From Verrucomicrobiota bacterium (GTDB lineage: Bacteria; Verrucomicrobiota; Verrucomicrobiia; Limisphaerales; Palsa-1400): a DNA stretch of 43,986 nt. The stretch's first letter is position 1; each line of letters begins with the position of its first letter. A model generated the notes under the pieces. The model had not been told where the DNA came from. It searched no databases and was given only the letters and a program-made list of their open reading frames with translations. Below are positions 35,484 to 43,986 of the stretch, piece by piece. The translations under genes and the position numbers were made by a program. The DNA lies in assembly GCA_050011995.1 (NCBI GenBank), contig JBEKIA010000031.1, positions 1-43,986 of the forward strand. Direction: 5' to 3'.

Positions 35484-36770
35484 TCAGGCTTTCCAAACCT
35501 GGCCCGGCTTGGCCGGGACGCCGGACATGGCGTTGCGGGAGTCCACAATGCAACCGGCCCACTGGGCCAACTGGCCGTAGTCCACCGAGCTGTGCTTGGT
35601 GGCGATGAGCGCCAGGTCGAAGGCGCGAATGTTTTTTTCGTTCCACGCCACGGACTTCACCCCGGCCCACTGCGGATGCTCGCGCGTGGGCTTGATCACC
35701 GGCACGTACGGATCGTAATAGGAGACCTTCGCGCCCCGCTCCTGGAGCAGGGTCATCAGAACGTAGCTGGGAGATTCGCGGTCGTCGTCCACATCGGCCT
35801 TGTAAGCCAGGCCGAGGACGAGGATTTTGGAGCCGTTGAGCGATTTTTTGCGGGCGTTGAGGGCGGCCGCAACCTGATGGACAACATACAGGGGCATGGC
35901 GGTATTGATCTCGCCGGCCAGTTCGATGAAGCGGGTGTTCTCCCCGTACTCGCGCGCCTTCCATGTCAAGTAAAACGGGTCAATGGGGATGCAGTGGCCG
36001 CCCAGGCCCGGCCCCGGGTAAAAGGGCATGAAACCAAACGGCTTGGTCTTGGCGGCGTGGATCACCTCCCAGATGTCAATGCCCATGGCCGTATAGACCA
36101 TTTTGAGTTCGTTGGCCAGGGCGATATTGACGCTGCGGAAAATGTTTTCCGTCAGCTTGGCGGCTTCGGCCGCGCGGCAGGAGGAGACCGGGACCAGTGT
36201 TTTGATGGCCAGGCCATAGACGGCCTTGGCCCGTTCCAGGCAAGCCGGCGTATAGCCGCCGATCACCTTGGGAATCAGAGCCACCTTGCTGTCCGGGTTT
36301 CCCGGGTCTTCCCTTTCCGGCGAGAAGGCCAGGTGGAAGTCCGTCCCCGCTTTCAGGCCGGAACCGCTTTCCAGCACCGCGCGCAGGTCTTCGTCGGTCG
36401 TGCCGGGATAGGTGGTGGATTCCAGCACGACGAGGATTCCTTTTTTCAGATGGGGCGCCAGGCTGCGCCCGGTGTTGAGGATGAAGGAAATGTCCGGCTC
36501 GCGGTTTTTGTTCAGCGGCGTGGGCACGCAGATGATGACCGCGTCCATCTTCCTGACCTGCCGGAAATCGGTCGAGGCGGAGAACTGGCCGCTTTTGACC
36601 AGCCCGGCGATGGCGGCGGAATCAATGTGCTTGATGTAGCTGCGCCCCTGCGCAATGGCGTCCACTTTGGCGCGATCCACGTCCAGCCCCAGGACGCTCG
36701 CGCCGGAGCGGGCGAATTGAAGCGACAAGGGAAGGCCCACATAGCCCAAACCGACAATGGCAATTTTCAT
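35484..36770 (-). CDS. UDP-N-acetylhexosamine 6-dehydrogenase (WbpA/WecC family)
   Basis: GLGYVGLP, CVPTP, ESTTYPGTT, SPER, GGHCIP.DP and GLAYK...D.RESP motifs. Confidence 0.92.
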   Translation of the reverse strand: MKIAIVGLGYVGLPLSLQFARSGASVLGLDVDRAKVDAIAQGRSYIKHIDSAAIAGLVKSGQFSASTDFRQVRKMDAVIICVPTPLNKNREPDISFILNTGRSLAPHLKKGILVVLESTTYPGTTDEDLRAVLESGSGLKAGTDFHLAFSPEREDPGNPDSKVALIPKVIGGYTPACLERAKAVYGLAIKTLVPVSSCRAAEAAKLTENIFRSVNIALANELKMVYTAMGIDIWEVIHAAKTKPFGFMPFYPGPGLGGHCIPIDPFYLTWKAREYGENTRFIELAGEINTAMPLYVVHQVAAALNARKKSLNGSKILVLGLAYKADVDDDRESPSYVLMTLLQERGAKVSYYDPYVPVIKPTREHPQWAGVKSVAWNEKNIRAFDLALIATKHSSVDYGQLAQWAGCIVDSRNAMSGVPAKPGQVWKA

Positions 36771-36775
36771 ATTTA

Positions 36776-37816
36776 TTAAGTTTTAGTGCTGCATTTTAAT
36801 TTTGACACGGAAGCGCCTGTGGTATCGGCCACGTACCAATCCAGCGCTTCATCCAGACCCTGTTCAAAACCGTAGTCCGGCCGGTAACCCAGCAGGCGGC
36901 GGGCTTTGCCGATGTCCGCCAGCGTGTGGCGCACGTCTCCCGCGCGGAAATCCCGGTAGACCGGCTTGAAATTCTTGAGGTGCGGGAAGCGCGGCAGCAA
37001 GCGCTCGCGCAGCAAGCGCAACAACTCATTTAAACTCGTCCGCCCGGCCACCGCCACATTATAAGCCTGGTTGACCGCGCCCGGACGGGTCGTGGCGGCG
37101 GCCTTGAGATTGGCCTGCACCACATTGGCAATGTAGCAGAAATCGCGGCTCGTTTTCCCGTCCCCGTTCACATACACTGTCTGGTTGCGGATCATGGCGG
37201 CGATCCACTTGGGAATCACCGCCGCGTAAGCGCCGTCCGGGTCCTGCCGCGGGCCGAACACATTGAAATAGCGCAGCCCGATGGTTTCCATCTTGTAGCA
37301 TCGCGCAAACACATCCGCATAGATTTCATTCATCGCCTTGGTCGCGGCGTAGGGGGAGAGCGGGTGGCCGGTGCGTGTTTCGATCTTGGGCAGCCGGCTG
37401 TCATCGCCGTAAACCGAACTGCTGGAGGCATAGACAAACCGGCCAACCCCGGCATCCCGGGCCGCCACCAGCATGTTGAGAAATCCGGTGACATTGCTGG
37501 CGTTGGAGGCCAGCGGATCGTCCACCGAGCGGGGCACCGACCCCAAGGCGGCCTGATGCAAGACCACTTGGACCCCTCGCAGCGACCGCCGGCAGTCTTC
37601 CAGGCGCCGGATATCCCCCTCCAGGAACTTGAAGCGCCTCCATTGTTCGGGCGAAACCGCCTCCCGGACCTGATCGAGGTTCTTGCGGCGGCCGGTGGCG
37701 AAGTTGTCCAGGCCGGTCACGCGCTGGTTGGATTGGAGCAGCGCTTCGAGAAGGTTCGAGCCGATGAAGCCGGCGACGCCGGTTACACACCATGTTTTGG
37801 GGATGTTTTTTAGCAC
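36776..37816 (-). CDS. UDP-GlcNAc(A) C4-epimerase (WbpP/TviC-like)
   Basis: [48 protein letters not shown] motifs. Confidence 0.92.
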   Translation of the reverse strand: MLKNIPKTWCVTGVAGFIGSNLLEALLQSNQRVTGLDNFATGRRKNLDQVREAVSPEQWRRFKFLEGDIRRLEDCRRSLRGVQVVLHQAALGSVPRSVDDPLASNASNVTGFLNMLVAARDAGVGRFVYASSSSVYGDDSRLPKIETRTGHPLSPYAATKAMNEIYADVFARCYKMETIGLRYFNVFGPRQDPDGAYAAVIPKWIAAMIRNQTVYVNGDGKTSRDFCYIANVVQANLKAAATTRPGAVNQAYNVAVAGRTSLNELLRLLRERLLPRFPHLKNFKPVYRDFRAGDVRHTLADIGKARRLLGYRPDYGFEQGLDEALDWYVADTTGASVSKLKCSTKT

Positions 37817-37833
37817 AACAGATCAGGCTGTTC

Positions 37834-38436
37834 TCATGGGCCGGCGGACTTGCTTTGGAACAGGTCGCTTTCCACCAATTCGCACAGCAAATGCCCGATG
37901 GCAATGTGGCACTCCTGCACGCGCGCCGTATTCGGCGAACCCACGATCAACGGAATATCGGAGCAGAGGCGGAGCAGCCCGCCATCTTTGCCGGCCAAGC
38001 CAATGGTCTTGAGATTCTGGATCCTGGCCTGTTTGAGCGCGGCGATGACATTGGGAGAATTGCCGCTGGTGCTGATGCCTACGGCCACGTCCCCGGCCCG
38101 GCCCAAAGCTTCGATCTGCCGGGAAAAAACCCGGTCGAATCCATAATCATTTCCCACCGCCGTCAGAATGGAGGAATCGGTTGTCAAGGCCACCGCTGGC
38201 AACCCCCGGCGTTCCAGGACGAACCGGCCGACGAATTCGGCCGCCAGATGCTGCGCGTCCGCCGCGCTGCCGCCGTTGCCAAAGAAGAGCAACTTGCCGC
38301 CCGAACGCAGGCAGATGGATATGGCTTGCGCTGCTGCGACGATGGCCGGACCGCAGTCCCGCGCGACGCTCCGGCGCAGTTCCGCGCCCTCCTCAAATGC
38401 CGCGGTGATGCGCCTCAACGCTTGTTCGCTATTCAT
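37834..38436 (-). CDS. gmhA: Phosphoheptose isomerase
   Basis: [21 protein letters not shown] and QE.H motifs. Confidence 0.93.
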   Translation of the reverse strand: MNSEQALRRITAAFEEGAELRRSVARDCGPAIVAAAQAISICLRSGGKLLFFGNGGSAADAQHLAAEFVGRFVLERRGLPAVALTTDSSILTAVGNDYGFDRVFSRQIEALGRAGDVAVGISTSGNSPNVIAALKQARIQNLKTIGLAGKDGGLLRLCSDIPLIVGSPNTARVQECHIAIGHLLCELVESDLFQSKSAGP

Positions 38437-38701
38437 AAATCATGGGCGCGGCAGAGCGCGGTTGGTGATGGAGGAGATGTTCGGCGGCGCCATGCCGGGA
38501 TTGGCGCCGGCCAGTGGGGAGGCAATTTCCTGCGCCGGGAAGGCGCGGTTTTCAACCCTCACCATGTCGCCCGCTTGGATCCGGATTCCCGCCCGGTTGC
38601 CGCGGGTTTCGCAAAGTCAAATCCAGTTTGCAGGCGGGCCGGACGCCGGGTAGAGTGGGCTGCCGTGAAATTCATCGCGGGCAAAATGTGAGACAACCGA
38701 C

Positions 38702-39304
38702 ATGCCAATGACACACTGGGCTGCAATACCTGGCTGGCAACTGCAATGGGACAATCCGGATTTCCGCGGCTGGTCCGTGGTGGCGGCGTATATCGTGGCC
38801 GCCGGGTTTTGCGCGCGAGCGGCCTTGGCGCCGCGGAAAATGGGAGCGGAGGAAAAGCGCGTTTCGGCCATCTGGTGGCTGCTGGCCTGGGGCCTGTTGT
38901 TTCTTGGCATCAACAAGCAGTTGAGCCTGCAGACATTACTCATCGTTCTGGGCCGCCGCGCCGCGCTGGCCGGCGGCTGGTATGAGCAACGGCGGCTGGC
39001 TCAAATGATTTTCAGCGCGATCTTTGCTTTGGCCGGGTTGGTGGCGCTCTGGTTCCTTCTGGCCCGATTCCGCCAGTTTTTTGTCCGCAACCCCTGGGCT
39101 GCCATCGGTCTGGTTGTGCTGGTGTTGTTCGTCCTGATCCGGGCGGCCTCCATCAACCATGTCATCGAACGGGCGGGCCTCGAACAGGACGAGGAAAATG
39201 ACGTCAAGAAATGGACGTGGATTCTGGAGATCGGCGGCAGCGCGAGTCTGGCGCTCGCCGCCATAAAAGCCAGACGGGAACACGACATCGCCCACCCCGG
39301 GTGA
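38702..39304 (+). CDS. Hypothetical membrane protein (~5 TM helices)
   Basis: Regularly spaced hydrophobic segments; LGINKQL and GWY..RR..Q conserved-looking motifs. Confidence 0.75.
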   Translation: MPMTHWAAIPGWQLQWDNPDFRGWSVVAAYIVAAGFCARAALAPRKMGAEEKRVSAIWWLLAWGLLFLGINKQLSLQTLLIVLGRRAALAGGWYEQRRLAQMIFSAIFALAGLVALWFLLARFRQFFVRNPWAAIGLVVLVLFVLIRAASINHVIERAGLEQDEENDVKKWTWILEIGGSASLALAAIKARREHDIAHPG

Positions 39305-39439
39305 TTTTTTGAGCGAATGGACCCGGGACCAAACGGCGGGGGCGAAAGGACTTTCAACCTCTATCTGCAATCCTTTGCAAGACTGCCCATTATCGCTAAA
39401 TTACGCCCCCAAGACGATTGCCCGAAAATAGTTGAACGG

Positions 39440-41116
39440 TCATCGTCTCAAACCATCCGGGTTGGGATGGCCGGGGATCTTCGGCCCTCCATTTTGGCGG
39501 ACTTTTCCCTTTAGACGACAGGCGAATGGGCTGAGGCGATCCCGCCCTTCGGTCAGGATCCGCCGGGCGAAAGGCCATATTTTTAGTTTGGGCCGGCGGA
39601 CCGAACTGGGATCAACTTGGTTCTGGACAAAGGGGGTGATTTCCAAATCCGCCCCGGGTTGAACAGGAAACGGTTGGCCGGCATATTTGGAAAAAACTTG
39701 GCCGGCCTGGCCCGGCGAGCGGATGCGGATCCCCTCTTCCACCTCCTCCGCCACCTTTGGTCTTTGGATGGCAACCTGTGTCACACCAGGAGCAACCCTG
39801 AGATCAATAACTCTGGCAAAGGACCGCACCTGGAGAAGGTTGCCCTCGGTCCGGGTTTGATAGTTGGAACGGGCAATGCCTTTCATGTCCAACCAACGAA
39901 CCTCACCCAGAGAGTTGATGAAATTCGCCAATTCGCCCAGCAGATCCAAGCCGTCCGCAAGCTCCTGGTGATGGCCAACGGGGATGATGGGCTGGCCAAG
40001 ATAAGCGGCCAAAAGGATGGCGTTTTGACATTCGCGGTTAAGCCTGAATCTCGGAATGACAGGCAATCCGGCCACGAATTCGGACATTCCGAGGCCGACA
40101 TTCCTGGCCCATTGTCTGTCGGCATTATAATTGTGCAGAGCACCATGCGAGATGCACGCGGCTTCAAATCCCAAGCGGGCCATGACACGCAATGTCTCCT
40201 CGGAACAAGCCCCATGAGGAGCGGCCATCACCCTGGAAACCTCCATGGAGGTCTTGGCTTCCAACCGGGCAATCCTGTTCAAAGCTTGAGCCAGCGAAGC
40301 GAGTCGTTGGCCGTCGGATGAGAAGCTCGCCAACTCCTTGTGGAGATGATCGTTGCCGTGGATGAGAAGGGAAAGACGCGCTTGATTATCCGCAAAGATG
40401 CCGACGGCCTGTTTGCTTTCAAACCAGGAGTCCAGCGGAATGGTGGCTATCGAGGCGTGGTAATGGCGCAGGCTGGCGTGTTGCGCCAATTCGCGGTAGC
40501 GGATCCATCCGTAGCCGGTGCTGTGCAGGTTGGGATCGTCGAACATGAAACAAGCTCGCAAACCGGGATTTCCCCATTCGTTTTCGCGGGCAAGACGGCG
40601 CAGGAAATCAACCAGGGGCAGAAGCCGCATAAAATCACGCGCCGCAAAGCATTGGTATAAGCTCCGAAGCTTCTTCGCGGAGGGCAAGGACATCGCGGAA
40701 AAATCCGTCCGTCCCCGCCCGTCTTCGCGAGCCACCCACAATGGATTTCCGTCAAGGGCTGCGATAATTTGATCACCGTTGTTTGTTTTCAGCGAGCCTT
40801 CGCAGATCAGGTTTTCCTGACGAACAGCGCGGCCTCGAAAGACCTTTGGAACCGCGGCGCTTTGACCGAACTGGACTGTGGCCAATGCAGCAGGAACCTC
40901 CGGCGCGATGGCCGCAGGAATTTGCAGGCTTGGCAGGCCGGGACAGGAGGGTTCAAGACCCAAAAAAATCGCCGCATCCATTCCGTCCCAGCGGCCGGGC
41001 CGGACGCTTTGGAAGCGAACAGGAAAAATACTCTCCATCCACTCGAATAATGTCATGTCCGGCGGCGCGCTGGAAACACTGACTAAAGCGATGACTTTGG
41101 ACTGCGGCATGGCCAT
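39440..41116 (-). CDS. Hypothetical protein with a polysaccharide deacetylase (NodB/CE4-like) central domain
   Basis: MFDD, HGNDH and APHG resemble CE4 motifs 1-3; EPS context. Confidence 0.6.
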   Translation of the reverse strand: MAMPQSKVIALVSVSSAPPDMTLFEWMESIFPVRFQSVRPGRWDGMDAAIFLGLEPSCPGLPSLQIPAAIAPEVPAALATVQFGQSAAVPKVFRGRAVRQENLICEGSLKTNNGDQIIAALDGNPLWVAREDGRGRTDFSAMSLPSAKKLRSLYQCFAARDFMRLLPLVDFLRRLARENEWGNPGLRACFMFDDPNLHSTGYGWIRYRELAQHASLRHYHASIATIPLDSWFESKQAVGIFADNQARLSLLIHGNDHLHKELASFSSDGQRLASLAQALNRIARLEAKTSMEVSRVMAAPHGACSEETLRVMARLGFEAACISHGALHNYNADRQWARNVGLGMSEFVAGLPVIPRFRLNRECQNAILLAAYLGQPIIPVGHHQELADGLDLLGELANFINSLGEVRWLDMKGIARSNYQTRTEGNLLQVRSFARVIDLRVAPGVTQVAIQRPKVAEEVEEGIRIRSPGQAGQVFSKYAGQPFPVQPGADLEITPFVQNQVDPSSVRRPKLKIWPFARRILTEGRDRLSPFACRLKGKVRQNGGPKIPGHPNPDGLRR

Positions 41117-41149
41117 GACTGAGGACTCTCAGGCTCCGAGATGGTCCGG

Positions 41150-41629
41150 CTACCGGATCGGCGCCAACTGGCTCTGGAATTCCCTCAATGTCTTCTCATC
41201 CCCCACCAGCGAAATGCCGTTCCTGGCCACAGGACGGGCGGGGTTGCCCTGCACCACGGTAAAAGGCGGAACATTAGCGGTGACCACGCTGCCGGCGGTG
41301 ACCACACAACCTTTGCCCAATCGGACGTTGGGCAGGATGCAAGCACACGGCCCGACAAAAACATCGTCCTCAATCCAAACGCCGCGCTGCTCGCGGAAAT
41401 GAGCCAGGATCGTGGCCCGCATGGAGATAAAGACATTATTGCCAATATGAATCAAACCAGGATAAGCGGTCTCCAACATCGCCTCGTAACCGATCCAGAC
41501 GTTGCGGCCAATCTCAACCCCGCGCCAGCGATGCAGTTTGACTCGGACGGAGGCGCCGCCGGGCGCGCGCATCGCCAGCTCTTGCAACAGGCGAATGCGC
41601 AGGCGGGCAAATAGCTTGGGTTCAGACAT
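41150..41629 (-). CDS. Hexapeptide-repeat (left-handed beta-helix) acyltransferase
   Basis: IGRNVWIG, IGNNVFI, IEDDVFVG...ILPNV.LG...V..GSVV...VP...V.GNPAR pattern. Confidence 0.9.
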   Translation of the reverse strand: MSEPKLFARLRIRLLQELAMRAPGGASVRVKLHRWRGVEIGRNVWIGYEAMLETAYPGLIHIGNNVFISMRATILAHFREQRGVWIEDDVFVGPCACILPNVRLGKGCVVTAGSVVTANVPPFTVVQGNPARPVARNGISLVGDEKTLREFQSQLAPIR

Positions 41630-41683
41630 AAGCGGCGGCTGCGCGGAGGAGGAATGGAATCGCCACAAAAAACTCGCGGCGGG

Positions 41684-41944
41684 TTATCGGCTGCCAGCCG
41701 TTGGCATCTCGCGCAGCAAATCACAGATTTCGCGGACGTTCTTCGGGCGGTTAATTGCATCGGTCGGAAAGCGAACGGAAAACTCCTGCTCCACTTCCAT
41801 CATCAACGTCAGATGGCCAAAGGAATCCCAGCCCGGCAGTTGGCCCAATGACGCCTCCTGGGTCACAATTTCCGGGCTTACTTTGAAAGTCCGAGCCACT
41901 ACATTTCTGACTCTTTCAAACGAATTGTCTTGGTTGGTAATCAT
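41684..41944 (-). CDS. Acyl carrier protein
   Basis: 86 aa with the WDSFGH phosphopantetheine-attachment motif. Confidence 0.9.
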   Translation of the reverse strand: MITNQDNSFERVRNVVARTFKVSPEIVTQEASLGQLPGWDSFGHLTLMMEVEQEFSVRFPTDAINRPKNVREICDLLREMPTAGSR

Positions 41945-41953
41945 GTTGACGAT

Positions 41954-43651
41954 TTAACTTAATTGCAATTGGATCCAGGCGGGACAGGCCCCTGGTCCAT
42001 TGTCCAAGCGACGCTGCCAGCCGGGTTCGGCGCATCGAAAGCCATGGTTGGGAAGAAAGTCCTTGGCCATTCCATTCTTGCCGCTTGGAGCGTACTCGGC
42101 CGCCAACGTGGCAACGCCGCTGGCGTGAAGGTCTGAACAGATACCCGCCAGAAAAGCGGATTCAATCCCGCGGCCCAGGACGCGGCAACTGACCAGAAAC
42201 GTGTCCAGGCGCGCGGTGGCGGTGGCAGGATCTATCTGAACAAACGCCGCGCCACTAATTCCTGAATCGCCGATCCGGTCGCTGGCCAGAACGCCGTACA
42301 ACCGCCAATTCCGGTTCTCCAGCAGAGCCAGCAGATCGCTTTCGCTATACCGGCGGGTGGTCAGATTGAACTGGTTGGTGCGCTGGCTGAGCTGGGCCAA
42401 ACGCGGGACCCACTGCCGATCCGACCGCCGCACCACAACCTGAATGTTCAATCCCCGCAAAAAATCTTCCAGGGAATCCGCGGTTTGCGCCAAGGCGCGC
42501 CGCTCGCGGTCTTCGACATACATTTGACTGCGGCGGCGGTCATCTTCCGTAGTGCTCAAGGCGTCAAAATACGGCAGTTGCGCGACAAAGGCCGGGTAAT
42601 CCGATGGGTCCGCCGGCAAATCGGGGGTCGTGACCTCCGGGGCGAGTCGCCGGACTTCTTCGCGTTCCATTTCCGAATCATCCAGAAAGACAAAGGAGTC
42701 CAGGCCCAGATTGAGTTCCGCCGCAATCTGGCGAAGATTGGCGGCCTTGCTCTGCCAATTGATGCGCATCGCCGCGAAATGATGGGGCCGCAGCAGCATT
42801 CCCGGGTGCTCGCGGATGGCGGCCAGGGCCAGGGACTCGTCATTCTTGCTGCAAATCGCCAGCAATGTCCCTGTTTCGCAGTAGTCCAGCAATATTCGCT
42901 GCATGTCCTGAAAGGCCTTGCCGGGGCCATCCTCGCTCAATTGGAGATGGTCAATGCCGTCCTCGCCCAAAATCCCCCCCCAAAGCGTGTTATCCAAGTC
43001 CAGCACAATGCACTTTTTCCGCAGCCCGGCGAATGCGCGCAACAGGCGGCAATAGTGCCCGGCGAGCGCTTCCATAGCCTGCCGCCCGAGCCGCATCTTG
43101 GCAACGTAAAAAAACCGCGGGTCACACACGGCTGTGTGCGGCAAAGCGCGGAATGCCTCCCTCAGCGAAACAAGGCGCACATTGGGGAACCCGGAGGCAA
43201 GCTTCTCCAGCGAATAATTTGCTTCCAAAGCCAGTTGGCGCAGGCCCACTTCGGATTGGCCCGCCAGAATGGGGAGACCCTGCGGCGCCAGCGGCAGAAA
43301 GTCGTGGACAAAAATCATTGCGCAAGGCAGCCGCCCGGCCAGTTTCCGCACCAGAGAAAGGAAATCGGCGATCCGCCTCTCCGCCTCGGCCTTTCGCTGC
43401 GGCGCATTGGTCCATGGGGAAGGCAGCTTGTCCAACAGATCTTCAATCGCCACCGCCAGAAACACCACCTGCGGATTGGCCGCCGCCAACTCGGAGTTGT
43501 CCGCCAGGATGAGTTGAGGGTATTGGTTAAAAGGACCGACAAACCACCGGCACCCCACGCCCAGCGATTCCAGGCCGCCGCCGACCAGACCCGTCACCCC
43601 GTCAAGGGTGAACGAACTGAGCAAGGCGCAATTCAGGGGTTTGGCGCTCAT
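41954..43651 (-). CDS. FkbH-like HAD-IIIC phosphatase/glyceryl transferase
   Basis: DLDNTLWGG, CSKN, FLDD, RTNQFNLT and SCRVLGR motifs. Confidence 0.92.
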   Translation of the reverse strand: MSAKPLNCALLSSFTLDGVTGLVGGGLESLGVGCRWFVGPFNQYPQLILADNSELAAANPQVVFLAVAIEDLLDKLPSPWTNAPQRKAEAERRIADFLSLVRKLAGRLPCAMIFVHDFLPLAPQGLPILAGQSEVGLRQLALEANYSLEKLASGFPNVRLVSLREAFRALPHTAVCDPRFFYVAKMRLGRQAMEALAGHYCRLLRAFAGLRKKCIVLDLDNTLWGGILGEDGIDHLQLSEDGPGKAFQDMQRILLDYCETGTLLAICSKNDESLALAAIREHPGMLLRPHHFAAMRINWQSKAANLRQIAAELNLGLDSFVFLDDSEMEREEVRRLAPEVTTPDLPADPSDYPAFVAQLPYFDALSTTEDDRRRSQMYVEDRERRALAQTADSLEDFLRGLNIQVVVRRSDRQWVPRLAQLSQRTNQFNLTTRRYSESDLLALLENRNWRLYGVLASDRIGDSGISGAAFVQIDPATATARLDTFLVSCRVLGRGIESAFLAGICSDLHASGVATLAAEYAPSGKNGMAKDFLPNHGFRCAEPGWQRRLDNGPGACPAWIQLQLS

Positions 43652-43660
43652 ATCATATTG

Positions 43661-43986
43661 TCATGTGGATTGGAGGATTTCCATGAGGCCAATCCCTCTC
43701 ACCTGGTAAAAGGAAACCTTCCGCCCCCCGAAGAGAGGCGCTGGTTTGGGAGGAGAAACGCACAGGACACGCAGACCCGCTTTTTCCAGTCCGGCCAGCG
43801 CGGAGGCAAGATCATCGGTGGAATAACAGACATGATAAATCACGCCGGCCGGATGCCTCTCCGCCAAGCCATGAAGGGGACCTTTGGTCTCGCCCGGCCA
43901 AATGATCTCCACCGCCGGTTCGGTTTCATGGGCGCCCATCGCCAGATGCACATTCTGCGCCGGATCAAAGACCCTTTCCCCAATCC
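43661..43986 (-). CDS. VOC/glyoxalase-family protein (methylmalonyl-CoA epimerase-like), 5' end outside the window
   Basis: DPAQN, VEII.P, YHVCY, PAPLFGGR.V.F and terminal metal-ligand E. Confidence 0.8.
   Translation of the reverse strand, partial: IGERVFDPAQNVHLAMGAHETEPAVEIIWPGETKGPLHGLAERHPAGVIYHVCYSTDDLASALAGLEKAGLRVLCVSPPKPAPLFGGRKVSFYQVRGIGLMEILQST

Noticed and set aside
35461-35964. Long N-terminal extensions of ORFs 34456..35964, 33557..34807, 25062..25970 and 16472..18709
   Set aside because: They overlap upstream genes or promoters; family homology or RBS evidence starts at internal start codons.

Overview
This is a GC-rich bacterial chromosomal window, most likely from a verrucomicrobium. 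That call is inferred from two VPDSG-type sorting signals, a stand-alone exosortase and the repeat style. From left to right it holds: (1) a minus-strand sugar-catabolic cluster (long transaldolase-family gene, DapA-family aldolase, 5'-truncated FGGY kinase); (2) a complete hoxEFUYH group 3d bidirectional [NiFe]-hydrogenase operon with its protease; (3) housekeeping and mixed genes (receiver protein, HU/IHF, NIL protein, MoaD/CysO-like protein, secreted GH35-like enzyme, a second hydrogenase protease, a conserved hypothetical, DUF721/DciA, and a GH42 lacking its acid/base Glu); (4) a PEP-CTERM-like surface system in which two VPDSG-CTERM proteins flank prsK-prsR, followed by Wza, a TPR lipoprotein, exosortase, an outer-membrane beta-barrel, nucleotide-sugar genes and a VOC-FkbH-ACP-acyltransferase module. 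The notable non-coding signals are a readable sigma54/IHF/enhancer architecture at both VPDSG genes, a ~130-bp promoter-leader present in three copies, three families of palindromic REP/MITE-like elements, and a 7-bp tandem repeat inside rfbB. No rRNA, tRNA, CRISPR array or transposase was found. All calls come from motif reading by eye, with no database searches.
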